This document shows positions 36,326 through 46,011 of a DNA stretch of 64,000 bases, one piece after another. How positions within the stretch are numbered: position 1 is the stretch's first letter; every line of letters starts with the position of its first letter. The stretch spans positions 3,224 to 67,223 of the forward strand of contig JAKACK010000002.1 in assembly GCA_021821445.1 (NCBI GenBank), written 5' to 3'. The position numbers and the translations under genes were made by a program. The notes under the pieces are model-generated. The model worked only from the letters and a program-made list of their open reading frames with translations. It was not told the DNA's origin and searched no databases. The DNA comes from Candidatus Micrarchaeota archaeon (GTDB lineage: Archaea > Micrarchaeota > Micrarchaeia > Micrarchaeales > Micrarchaeaceae).

Positions 36326-37249
36326 TTAATCACTCTTGCTACCTTTTTCAATCCTTAATCTCTCATGCCTTTCCATAATCTTTGCCCATGAACCATTCAC
36401 TTTCAAAATTTTTCTTAGAGATCTACCTGCTAAAGGCTTTCTAATATCTTTTGTGATGTCTCTTATTTTATCTAAATCTTTTTGAGATAAATCGAAATTT
36501 TCACAATTCATTATTTCAGTCGCATGTGTCATTGAAGATATTTTTGGAATTGCAATTACATTTTTATCTGATATGGTGTATTTTAGTGCTACTTGAAAGG
36601 CATTTACATTATATTTTATTCCAATCTCTGATAACCTATTATATAGATTTTTATAATTCTCAATCAGACCTCTCCCGAGAGGACTATAAGCAATCACAGA
36701 AATTTTACTGTTTTTACAAAAATTAAGTAATCCTGAATCTTCTATCTCTGTAAAAGCAACGTTATATTCAAGTTGATCTGATACAATTTTATTATTTTTC
36801 AAACATGACATAGCCTCTTCTAATTCATTCTGATTGAAATTGCTTACGCCTATATATTTTATTTTTTCTTGTCCGACCAAATATTCCATCGCACTTAAAG
36901 TCTCTTTTATATTAATATGATGATTTGGCCAATGTATCTGATAAAGAGTTATCTGCTTTACTCCAAGTTTTGATAAACTTTCATTACAAGATTTTATCAC
37001 ATCATCATAATGCAAATGATTTGGAGAAACCTTCGTTACTATAAATGGTTCCTTATTTATTGTTCTGAATATACTACCTAGTTTAGATTCATTTTGATAC
37101 ATCTCCGCAGTATCTATGAAGTTTACTCCATTTTCAAATAGATAATTTACCACTTTTGGTATTTCATTCAAATCAGGTATTAATTTCCAAGTACCTAACC
37201 CTATCTCAGAAAATTTTGTATTTGAATCTCCCAATACTTTTGATTTCAA
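36326..37249 (-). CDS. Aldo/keto reductase
   Basis: IGLGTW, IDTAEMY, YQIHWP, IGVSNF, AYSPLGRG, AIPK. Confidence 0.95.
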   Translation of the reverse strand: MKSKVLGDSNTKFSEIGLGTWKLIPDLNEIPKVVNYLFENGVNFIDTAEMYQNESKLGSIFRTINKEPFIVTKVSPNHLHYDDVIKSCNESLSKLGVKQITLYQIHWPNHHINIKETLSAMEYLVGQEKIKYIGVSNFNQNELEEAMSCLKNNKIVSDQLEYNVAFTEIEDSGLLNFCKNSKISVIAYSPLGRGLIENYKNLYNRLSEIGIKYNVNAFQVALKYTISDKNVIAIPKISSMTHATEIMNCENFDLSQKDLDKIRDITKDIRKPLAGRSLRKILKVNGSWAKIMERHERLRIEKGSKSD

Positions 37250-37253
37250 TAAA

Positions 37254-37799
37254 TCATTCCTTTTTGTATATCAGTAGATAATGGGATTTATAATAATATT
37301 TATCAATTAATTTTAATCCTTTTTCTTCAACAGTTGAGGTTACTGAAGATGCACTTAAACGTATACTTATAGGTGGACCATAAATAACTCCCTCCGCTTC
37401 TTTATCCCAATCCAAATCTATAAAATATCCACCATCTCTTATCAAACTATTTAGCTTAGTTATTGACTGCAACCCTATATCGTGTAACGCATTTGCTATA
37501 AAAACAACATCAACACTTTTATTCGGTAAAGATATCGATTCTACAACAGATTTTACTATTTTTATGTTTTTATAATCTGCCAAAATCTTTCTCATAACTT
37601 TTATTGCAGATTCTGATTGGTCTATTGCTATAACAGTTTTTGCATATTTTGATAATTCAGCTGCAAATACCCCTCCTCCCGCGGCTACATCTAACACATC
37701 TTGTTCTTTTATTAAATCTGCTATATTACTTAAAATCGGTAATAATTCTGCAGATCTTTCATTTAATTTCTCATAATCTATAGAATCCCAATTATTCAT
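37254..37799 (-). CDS. Class I SAM-dependent methyltransferase
   Basis: LDVAAGGG, AIDQS, VDVVF...ALHD, DW.K...GPP...RL. Confidence 0.88.
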   Translation of the reverse strand: MNNWDSIDYEKLNERSAELLPILSNIADLIKEQDVLDVAAGGGVFAAELSKYAKTVIAIDQSESAIKVMRKILADYKNIKIVKSVVESISLPNKSVDVVFIANALHDIGLQSITKLNSLIRDGGYFIDLDWDKEAEGVIYGPPISIRLSASSVTSTVEEKGLKLIDKYYYKSHYLLIYKKE

Positions 37800-37902
37800 T
37801 TTATCAGTTATAAATAGCATTTAAAATTTTTAGATTTGTGTTTTTAAATTAACCTAATTTATAGATATTTATGATTTTATAGTCTAAAAATTAGAAAATC
37901 TA

Positions 37903-38502
37903 TTAAGAAATTGATAAATTTTTATTTGGTAAGATTTTGAATTTGTAGTCCTTCAATTTCTCTTCAAGCATATTTGGGTCTGATATACAAACAGTACTAT
38001 TAATTTTTGATAAAAACTTAGCTTCTATCATATTGTAATCTGTTAATATTAATATTGAATTTATACCATTTTTTATCGCACTTCTTATTACTTTTGGATT
38101 ATCATCTATTATTAATATAGGCTTTTCTCCATTTTCAGATTCGCATTTTTTATTATCTTTAACCCTTTCAATTTTAACTTCAAGCCCCCTTTTTTGAAGT
38201 TCTTCCTTTATATCTTCAATATCAATATCCTTTAAATTGGTGTTTGCAGTCCTAACCACTATTTCAATGCCTTTATTCTGTATGTCCTTTAATCCTGTTA
38301 TAACATTCTGATTCAATGCTTTCTTAAAATCTATTTTCTTTGCAGCTTTAGAAAAAACAAAAGGTACACTATCAACTATATCAAATATAGTTTCTTTATA
38401 AATATTCTCTAATCTTGAATTAGAAGATCTCAAAAACCTCTTGAATGTTTCACTAACATCATTTACCAAACACCCATCAAAGTCTACAACCACAAAAGAC
38501 AT
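37903..38502 (-). CDS. HAD-superfamily hydrolase
   Basis: VVVDFDGCL (motif I), VRTAN, IIDDNP (motif IV). Confidence 0.75.
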   Translation of the reverse strand: MSFVVVDFDGCLVNDVSETFKRFLRSSNSRLENIYKETIFDIVDSVPFVFSKAAKKIDFKKALNQNVITGLKDIQNKGIEIVVRTANTNLKDIDIEDIKEELQKRGLEVKIERVKDNKKCESENGEKPILIIDDNPKVIRSAIKNGINSILILTDYNMIEAKFLSKINSTVCISDPNMLEEKLKDYKFKILPNKNLSIS

Positions 38503-38722
38503 TTTATCTGTTAAAAATAGTATTTAAGATATTTAAATGACGTATAAGTAGTTCGTCTTTTAGCTAAGATACTATTTCCTCATAATTTATAAAAATATAT
38601 ATCAATACACACTTCAAAAAATTTTAAATTATATTATTAAATTAATAATAAAATTTATAAAATTAACATTATACCAACTTTTAAATATTTAATAAACCAG
38701 ATATATAAAATAGGTGTTACAA

Positions 38723-40105
38723 TTGGAAAAAGAGAAAAAAGCTAAATTTACTTCTAGCCTAACGGATTCCTTCGTAAAAATATTATATAATGAAAAGATA
38801 AATGCAAAAGAAATTGCTGAACAATTAAATAAAAACCCCCTTTTTACAGAGATTAAGGAACCTATTAATTATAAATTAATAAATTTTATAAAATCAAATT
38901 CACCTGAAAAAATTCAAAATAAAGCATTAGAAGTGTTGACAGAAGAAGTTAAAATTGATAATAAGGAAAATTTAGGTAAAACAACAAGAGAATCAAAAAA
39001 TAATAATATTGAAATTAAAGAATTACTAGCTGAAAAATTAGACCTAAATCAAGACCCTCAAATCTATGAAATTCTTTCAAATGATACAAATTCAAGAGTG
39101 GTAATAACGTTAATGCAAAATCCTACATCATCACCTTATAATTTTAAAGATGAAGTGTTTAACAAATTAAAAAATAACAAATATTGGGAAGGAAGTAATG
39201 ACATTGCATGGAATCTTATATTATATGCAGAAAAACCAGAAGAAAGTTCATTTAGGCTTCAAGAGGAAGATCTATCTTACTTGTATAAATTAGAAAGTTC
39301 AGATCCAATTTATCAGAGAAGAAGTTATATAGCAAAAAATTTTGATGATAGATTTGCTAAAGGATATGGTTATGCAATTAATAATCTTGCAAATGATTCT
39401 AATATATATGTATTATCAAATTTAATCCACAATATAAATACCCCTGTTGATGTTTTATTTAAAGTATACGAAAATTTAAATAAAGGTTTATACAAAGAGG
39501 GAAGTACCACTCTTGCAGAAGAATTAAAGGACATTTTAAAAACTAGATCTCCAGATAGAGTTAAATTACATTTGAAAATAAATACTAACGTATTAATGGA
39601 TTTCAATACCGATGAAGATAAAATTAATTATTATAGCGATTTAATTTTAAGGGATATGCTTTCAACGAACAACTTTTTAAAATATATTAAAAAAGAGCAC
39701 AAGGGGATAAAAGATAAAACAATTATGCAAGCGGCTGATTGGTTATCTGAAAATTATTATTCTTCAGCATCATATGATGCTAAGAATAGAGCAAAAGAAG
39801 TAATTGAATGGGGATGTAAGGGTATAGGGAAAAAGGCATTAAAAGAGTATATTGCCACAAAACCAAATTTGCCTGATCGTATATATGAAGTATTAATAAA
39901 CTCTATTTTTAGTAAAAAAGATATAAAAACAAAAGCATTACAAAATGTTAGTGCGTACTATATAAGTAAAAATCATGAAAAAATCAAAAATTTGATTTAT
40001 AAAAACAGCGATTTTGCATCTGCAATTTTAAGTAATTCTCATGCACCTGAAGATATTGTACAATTAATAAAAGATAATCCAAAATACAATAAAAATACAA
40101 ATTAG
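38723..40105 (+). CDS. Hypothetical alpha-solenoid protein (LRV/HEAT-like repeats)
   Basis: Recurring ILSNDTNSRVVITLMQNP, LANDSNIYVLSNLIHNINTP, IATKPNLP, ILSNSHAP. SD AGGTG plus TTG. Confidence 0.65.
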   Translation: MEKEKKAKFTSSLTDSFVKILYNEKINAKEIAEQLNKNPLFTEIKEPINYKLINFIKSNSPEKIQNKALEVLTEEVKIDNKENLGKTTRESKNNNIEIKELLAEKLDLNQDPQIYEILSNDTNSRVVITLMQNPTSSPYNFKDEVFNKLKNNKYWEGSNDIAWNLILYAEKPEESSFRLQEEDLSYLYKLESSDPIYQRRSYIAKNFDDRFAKGYGYAINNLANDSNIYVLSNLIHNINTPVDVLFKVYENLNKGLYKEGSTTLAEELKDILKTRSPDRVKLHLKINTNVLMDFNTDEDKINYYSDLILRDMLSTNNFLKYIKKEHKGIKDKTIMQAADWLSENYYSSASYDAKNRAKEVIEWGCKGIGKKALKEYIATKPNLPDRIYEVLINSIFSKKDIKTKALQNVSAYYISKNHEKIKNLIYKNSDFASAILSNSHAPEDIVQLIKDNPKYNKNTN

Positions 40106-40268
40106 GGAAATAAAACTAGATTCAAAAGAAATTTAGAAAAATTTTAAGTTGAATAAATAATTAGTCTAAGAGCTAAAAGAAAAGCTTTTTATATTTACCT
40201 AAATAATAAATATTAAGTTTTATAATTTTTATTTCTACTAATTAATTGAATTTAAAATTGTGATTTAA

Positions 40269-40778
40269 ATGGGAGCATACAAGTATATACAAAATACATT
40301 TGTCAATGAATACAAAGATCGTACTGATGAGTATAAAAATAGGTTGACACAGTGGAACAAAGAAAACTCAACAATGAGAGTGGATAAACCCACAAATATA
40401 GCACGTGCAAAAAAACTCGGTTATAAAGATAAACAAGGTGTAATAATAGTACGTATTAAGGTAAGAAAAGGAAGACGTAAAAGGGCTACTGTTGGTGGAG
40501 GAAGAAAACCATCAAAGAGTGGAAGGTTCTTCTCAAGACAAATATCCTTACAATCAATTGCAGAAGAGAGGGCGAGTAAGCACTATTCAAATTGTGAAGT
40601 CCTAAATTCATATTACGTTGGTGATACAGGATCTTATAAATTCTATGAGGTTATATTATTAGATAAGAATAGTCCTGTAATAAAAAAAGATAAGGTTTAT
40701 AAAAACATAATCAGTCAATCAGGAAGGGCAGAAAGAGCATTGACAAGTAGTGGAAAAAAGCATAGAGTCAAAGAATGA
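40269..40778 (+). CDS. rpl15e: 50S ribosomal protein L15e
   Basis: MGAYKY, PTNIARAKKLGYK.KQG, IAEERA, VLNSYYV, YEVILLD. Confidence 0.97.
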   Translation: MGAYKYIQNTFVNEYKDRTDEYKNRLTQWNKENSTMRVDKPTNIARAKKLGYKDKQGVIIVRIKVRKGRRKRATVGGGRKPSKSGRFFSRQISLQSIAEERASKHYSNCEVLNSYYVGDTGSYKFYEVILLDKNSPVIKKDKVYKNIISQSGRAERALTSSGKKHRVKE

Positions 40779-40782
40779 TCTA

Positions 40783-41058
40783 ATGCCAGTAGCGAACAAT
40801 AAAAAGAAAGAAGAATTTGATTTTGTTACGAAAATATCTTTTCCAATTAAATTGGCGACTAATTTGGAAGATACAATTTATAATTTAAAGAATTATAAAA
40901 AAGTAAAAATAACAGTTAAGAAAAATAAAAAAATATGTGAAATGTTGATAAATGCAAAAGATATACCATCACTGCGTGCATCATTTAATTCGATAACACG
41001 CGATTTGTCTGTAATAAAAAATACAGAAAAGGTATTGAATACCAAAAAGCTAATGTAA
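40783..41058 (+). CDS. pcc1: KEOPS subunit Pcc1-like
   Basis: INAKDIPSLRASFNS..R matches the Pcc1 A.D...LRA..NS motif. Confidence 0.7.
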   Translation: MPVANNKKKEEFDFVTKISFPIKLATNLEDTIYNLKNYKKVKITVKKNKKICEMLINAKDIPSLRASFNSITRDLSVIKNTEKVLNTKKLM

Positions 41059-41178
41059 ACAATGTAAAAATATATAAATTTATACTTACAAACCTATATG
41101 GCTTTAAACAACATTTAAATATATTTATCTTAAATTGTTATTAAGTTCATCTTATAAAAATTATTTAGGAGTGTAATT

Positions 41179-42135
41179 ATGGCAGGAATGCAATTTTGGA
41201 ATAGCAGAAGAGCTAGGAACAGACTACCCAGACTTAGAGGTAAGGTTAATCTTAAATTAGATAAACCATCATTATCAAATGTTGTTGGATTCAAGGTTGG
41301 GATGTTAAGTCTCAGTCTTATTCAGAATACATCAAACGCTTTGAATGTTGAAGCTTTTAAAGGAGCAACTATATTAGAAATACCCGAAACAGAGGTTTAT
41401 GGGATAAGACTTTATAAAAAAGACCAAAAAACAGGTTATGTTGTCTCAAGTGATACTATATATGATAAAAAAATTGCTGAAAAGCTAAATATGAAAAAAA
41501 TAAAACTAGATACTCAAAAATTAGACGAATTCAAAAAGAAACTTAATGATTATGAAAGAGTTTCTGCATTATTGGTATCATATCCTAAAACAATTTCAGC
41601 TGAACAAAATCACATTGAAAGATATGAAAGCAAAATAATAGGAGATTCAATAGAATCTAATTTTGATTTTGTAGCAAGTTTAATAGGTAAAAAGCTTCAA
41701 CCTGAAGATGTATTTAAAGTAGGGGAGCACATTGATCTTAGCTCAGTATCCAAAGGAAAAGGATGGCAGGGACCAATAAAAAGAAAAGGAGTTAGAAGGC
41801 AATTCCACAAGGCAACTGAAAAAATAAGACATGTTGGTGCATTAGGTGCATTTACACCTGGTAAGATTCTTTATACAACTCCAAGAGCTGGACAGATGGG
41901 GTACAATTATAGAACTGAAAAGAATAAGGTATTGCTTAAAATAAGTGATATTTCAAAAGACGATATAAATCCTAAATCTGGATTTAAAAATTATGGTCTT
42001 ATTAAGGGAAATTATTTAATAGTAAGCGGATCAGTACCTGGAACATCAAAAAGAGTAGTTAGAGTCAGAAAGTCCCTTTCAAGTAATAAAGTTGAAAAAG
42101 AGGTTAATATAAATTATATAAGCACTAAAAGTTGA
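41179..42135 (+). CDS. rpl3: 50S ribosomal protein L3
   Basis: GFKVGM, SKGKGWQGPIKR, RAGQMGY, GSVPG. Confidence 0.97.
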   Translation: MAGMQFWNSRRARNRLPRLRGKVNLKLDKPSLSNVVGFKVGMLSLSLIQNTSNALNVEAFKGATILEIPETEVYGIRLYKKDQKTGYVVSSDTIYDKKIAEKLNMKKIKLDTQKLDEFKKKLNDYERVSALLVSYPKTISAEQNHIERYESKIIGDSIESNFDFVASLIGKKLQPEDVFKVGEHIDLSSVSKGKGWQGPIKRKGVRRQFHKATEKIRHVGALGAFTPGKILYTTPRAGQMGYNYRTEKNKVLLKISDISKDDINPKSGFKNYGLIKGNYLIVSGSVPGTSKRVVRVRKSLSSNKVEKEVNINYISTKS

Positions 42136-42140
42136 TTTTT

Positions 42141-42929
42141 ATGCAAATTCCAATTTTAAATTTAGAAGGTAAAGAAGAAAAAAAGATTGAACTTCCAGAA
42201 ATTTTTTCAGGCACTCTTAAACCATGGTTAGTTAGGAGAGCAGTTATATCAGAACAAACGTATAAGTTACAGCCACAAGGTCATTTCGTACTTGCAGGAA
42301 TGCAAACAACTGCTGCATACTATGGTGCAATGAGTTCATATAGAACCGGAAGACATATGGGAAAAGCAATAAGACCTAGAGAAAAATTAGGAGATGGAGT
42401 ACAGGGTAAGGTAAGACGTATACCATCATCAGTTAAAGGTAAACGCGCACATCCACATTTAATAGAGAAAAAGATAGTTGAACTTATAAATAAGAAAGAG
42501 TATCAAAATGCAATAAAATCAGCATTATCAGGTTTATTTAATGAAGAAAATATAAAGCATATAATAATTACAAAGCAAGCAGCAGAAATAAAAAAATCAA
42601 AAGAAATGAAAGAATTTTTGATAAAATTAAACCTTTATTCCGAATTAGAGAATTTAGTACCAAGAAGAAGAAAAGGATTAAGGAAATTAGCAAATCAAAA
42701 AAAGTACAAGCATGTTGTACTATTAGTTGCATCGGATAATTCTCCAATATTAAAGGCAGGTAAAAATATTCCAGGATTAGATGTATCTGCAGTTTCAAAC
42801 TTAAAAATGAACAAACTTGCACCTGGTGGAGATCTAATTCAAAATGTAATTTTTACAGAAGATGCTATTGAAGAATTACCAAAAATAATTGAAAAATTCG
42901 ATGTAGACAAGCAAGCATTGAAAGAGTGA
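42141..42929 (+). CDS. rpl4: 50S ribosomal protein L4
   Basis: AGMQTTA, GKRAHP, KNIPGLDV, LAPGG. Operon position. Confidence 0.95.
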   Translation: MQIPILNLEGKEEKKIELPEIFSGTLKPWLVRRAVISEQTYKLQPQGHFVLAGMQTTAAYYGAMSSYRTGRHMGKAIRPREKLGDGVQGKVRRIPSSVKGKRAHPHLIEKKIVELINKKEYQNAIKSALSGLFNEENIKHIIITKQAAEIKKSKEMKEFLIKLNLYSELENLVPRRRKGLRKLANQKKYKHVVLLVASDNSPILKAGKNIPGLDVSAVSNLKMNKLAPGGDLIQNVIFTEDAIEELPKIIEKFDVDKQALKE

Positions 42930-42933
42930 TAAA

Positions 42934-43185
42934 ATGTCAAAATTAATGTATCCAATCGGAACTGAAAAAGCGATAACACAGATAAGTAAAGACAATACCT
43001 TAACTTATGTGGTTGAATTATCTGCTACCAAATATGAAATAAAAAAAGAATTTGAAAAAATGTTCAATGTAAAGGTAGAATCTGTAAGAACTATGAATTC
43101 TCCATTAAACAAGAAGCATGCATTTATAAAGTTGAATAAAGATTTCAATGCTAGCGATGTAGCAATGAAACTTAAATTGGTGTAA
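42934..43185 (+). CDS. rpl23: 50S ribosomal protein L23
   Basis: TEKA, ATKYEIK, FNVKVESVRT, AFIKL. Confidence 0.95.
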   Translation: MSKLMYPIGTEKAITQISKDNTLTYVVELSATKYEIKKEFEKMFNVKVESVRTMNSPLNKKHAFIKLNKDFNASDVAMKLKLV

Positions 43186-43188
43186 TAA

Positions 43189-43896
43189 ATGGGTAAAAAA
43201 TTAAAACAGCAAAGAAGAGGAAAAGGTAGTGTAGCTTATAGAAAGCTTCCAGGAACCTTTGATATCAGTGTAAACTACCCACAAGTTGAGAATAAGGTAG
43301 GGGAGGTTATAAACATTTTCAATCATACTGGACATACCGGTCCAATTATGGAAGTATTATATGAAGATTTTAGCACAGGATATCTCATGGCACCTGAAGG
43401 TATAAGTATAGGGGATAAAATTTATATAAATAAAGACAACTCATATTCATTAGGTTCTGTACTTCCATTATCTAAAATAGTTGAAGGTACACCAATATAT
43501 AATATAGAATTTAAACCAGGTGACGGAGGAAAAATGATAAGATCTGCAGGATCTTATGCATTTATATCAACTCGCGATGAAGGTAAAGTAACAGTAACTC
43601 TTCCATCAAAAGTTCAAGTTGTATTGAGTGATAAATGTAGAGCACAACTTGGCGTAATTGCAGGAGGAGGTAGAAAAGACCAGCCAATTGTAAAGGCCGG
43701 TAAAAATCATTATATTAAACATGCAATTAATGCATTATGGCCTGTAAACAGAGGTGTAAAAATGAGTCCTGTTGATCACCCATTCGGAGGAAAACAGCAC
43801 CACAAAGGAAAGAGCAGCATGACATCAAGAAATGCACCTCCAGGAAGAAAAGTTGGAAATATTGCGGCAAGACGTATAGGAAGAAAGAAGAGATGA
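43189..43896 (+). CDS. rpl2: 50S ribosomal protein L2
   Basis: QRRGKGS, PGDGGK..RSAG, RGVKM.PVDHPFGG, APPGRKVG. Confidence 0.97.
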   Translation: MGKKLKQQRRGKGSVAYRKLPGTFDISVNYPQVENKVGEVINIFNHTGHTGPIMEVLYEDFSTGYLMAPEGISIGDKIYINKDNSYSLGSVLPLSKIVEGTPIYNIEFKPGDGGKMIRSAGSYAFISTRDEGKVTVTLPSKVQVVLSDKCRAQLGVIAGGGRKDQPIVKAGKNHYIKHAINALWPVNRGVKMSPVDHPFGGKQHHKGKSSMTSRNAPPGRKVGNIAARRIGRKKR

Positions 43897-43900
43897 TTAA

Positions 43901-44287
43901 ATGGTAGAAAAAATAGCATTTGAAGGATTACTGCCTGAAGAGGCAAAAAACTTAACTAATGATCAATACCTAAAGTTGATCAAGTCAAGGCAGAGAAGAA
44001 CACTTAAGAGAAATTCCTTACAGATAAAGGAATTAAACAAAATCATAGAAAAACATAGAAAAACAGGCAAACCAATAAGAACTCATACAAGAGAAGCTGT
44101 GATAATGCCATCTTGGGTAGGTTTAGAAATACAGGTACACAATGGAAAGGTATTCCAACCATTAAAAATAGAAGCAAATATGCTTGGTCATAGATTAGGA
44201 GAATTTGTATACACAACAAAGAGAGTAGTACAATCAGCACCAGGAGTTAGAGCTACACGTGGAAGTAAGGCACTTGCACAGAAATGA
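43901..44287 (+). CDS. rps19: 30S ribosomal protein S19
   Basis: RTHTR, HNGKVF, MLGHRLGEF, PGVRATRGS. Confidence 0.97.
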   Translation: MVEKIAFEGLLPEEAKNLTNDQYLKLIKSRQRRTLKRNSLQIKELNKIIEKHRKTGKPIRTHTREAVIMPSWVGLEIQVHNGKVFQPLKIEANMLGHRLGEFVYTTKRVVQSAPGVRATRGSKALAQK

Positions 44288-44303
44288 TATATTGGTGATT
44301 TAA

Positions 44304-45077
44304 TTGAATTTTTCATATAATGGAGATAAAACAAAAGTTGCATTTGCAGGACAAGCAGATATCAATGCCAGTTATAAGGATCTTAGCATGGTATGTGAAT
44401 CAATAAGATATAAAAGCATACCTTATGCATTAAAGGTTCTAAATGGAGTTATAAAAGATAATACCCCTATAAAATATAGCAGATACAATAAAGGCATGGG
44501 AGCTAGACACGAACTTGGAGGTAAAAAAGGAAGATACCCAGTTAAATGTGCAAAGATAGTTAAGGACATATTGAGTTCTGCAGTCTCAAATGCCATAAAT
44601 AAAGGTTTTGATGAGACTAAGCTTGTTGTTATCCATGCATCCTCAAATAAAAATCAGATAATAATGAGAACACCTCCAAAAGGTAATATATCATGGGGTA
44701 GAGGAATGTATGGTTACTCAGCAACTAGAAGAAGTGATCTTGAATTTTCAAAAGTTGAATTAGGAGTTGCAAATCCAGAGGATATTGAATTAAGTCCAAA
44801 AGCTAAAGATTTGATAAAACTATTTAGTAAACAGGCTAAACGTTTAGTCCCTGAAGAATCAAAGTTTCCAACTAAAAAGAAGAAGGACAATAAAGCAAAG
44901 GAATCAGTAAAGAAAGAAAACGAAACAAAGGAAGAGGCAATAACAAAGGAGAAGGAAGCTGAAAAACCTAAGGAAGCAGAGTTCAATAAAGAAATCGATA
45001 ATCTTAAGCATAGTCAAAATATAAAGGATAATGTAAAACCTATCAAAAATGTAAATTTGGGTAACGATAGGTATTAA
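44304..45077 (+). CDS. rpl22: 50S ribosomal protein L22 with long charged C-terminal extension
   Basis: SYKDL, GRYPVKCA, NAINKG. About 90 extra K/E-rich residues. Confidence 0.93.
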   Translation: MNFSYNGDKTKVAFAGQADINASYKDLSMVCESIRYKSIPYALKVLNGVIKDNTPIKYSRYNKGMGARHELGGKKGRYPVKCAKIVKDILSSAVSNAINKGFDETKLVVIHASSNKNQIIMRTPPKGNISWGRGMYGYSATRRSDLEFSKVELGVANPEDIELSPKAKDLIKLFSKQAKRLVPEESKFPTKKKKDNKAKESVKKENETKEEAITKEKEAEKPKEAEFNKEIDNLKHSQNIKDNVKPIKNVNLGNDRY

Positions 45078-45099
45078 ATTTCAGATTTATGGTGAATAA

Positions 45100-45900
45100 A
45101 TGACAAGTGAATATAAATTTATAGATGATGCAGAAATTAAGCTTAATATATCTACTTATTTAAGCAAAGAACTTGACAGAGCAGGATTTTCAGGAGTTGA
45201 AATACAAAAAACTCCTATGATAACAAGAATAACCGTACATGTATTAAATCCTGGAAGGGTTATAGGCAGATCAGGAAAGTCTATAAATACATTGACTGAT
45301 GCTATAAAAAATAACTTCAATATACAAAATCCTCAAATAAGTGTTATGGAAGTACAGAATAAAATGTTAGAACCACTTCTTGTTGCAAAAGATCTTGCAT
45401 TTAAACTTGAAAGGGCTATGAATCCAAGAAAAATAATTGAATTTACACTTAGAAATATAATGAGCAATGGTGCCATAGGCGCTGAAATAATATTGGGAGG
45501 TAAACTTGCAGCAAAAGGCGCAAGAGCTAGAACAATAAGAAAAAGCATCGGCTATATACCAAAAGCAGGTGCAGTTACAGAACTTGTAAATGAAGGGCAT
45601 GCAACTGCATATCCAAAATATGGTGCAATTGGTGTTTTTGTAAGGATAGTACCACCAGGAACCGTATTTCCAGATAAAATAAACAAAAAAGCACAGGATA
45701 ATAATATAGTATTGAGTAACGAATCAAGTGAGTCTTCATCTGAAACAGAGCCTTTAGAAAATAAAGAAGAACAAGCAATAGAAAAAAATGAAGAAAAAGA
45801 GATAGAAGAAAAAGTATCAGATAATAAGGAATCTGAAAAAGAGGACTTAGAAGAAGCTAAAAGCGAAGAGGAAGCTGAAAAAGAGAAAAAAGCTGAATAA
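45100..45900 (+). CDS. rps3: 30S ribosomal protein S3 with acidic C-terminal tail
   Basis: RAGFSG, KTP, PGRVIGRSG, GAEIILGGKL, YGAIGV.VRI.PP. Confidence 0.96.
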   Translation: MTSEYKFIDDAEIKLNISTYLSKELDRAGFSGVEIQKTPMITRITVHVLNPGRVIGRSGKSINTLTDAIKNNFNIQNPQISVMEVQNKMLEPLLVAKDLAFKLERAMNPRKIIEFTLRNIMSNGAIGAEIILGGKLAAKGARARTIRKSIGYIPKAGAVTELVNEGHATAYPKYGAIGVFVRIVPPGTVFPDKINKKAQDNNIVLSNESSESSSETEPLENKEEQAIEKNEEKEIEEKVSDNKESEKEDLEEAKSEEEAEKEKKAE

Positions 45901-46011
45901 ATTCTTCTTCTAATTCTTAAGAAGAAACGATATATTTAAAAGCATTATCTTATTAATTAATATTAATATCAGGTTTAGGTATCTATATATATCTTGAGGT
46001 GTAATAAATTC

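Noticed and set aside
45972-45982. 11-nt match to the sRNA tail in the aglB leader (also a 9-nt match in the gyrB leader loop)
   Set aside because: The same GGTTTAGGTAT also occurs inside a CDS at 59002-59012 as Gly-Leu-Gly codons, so it is compatible with chance.
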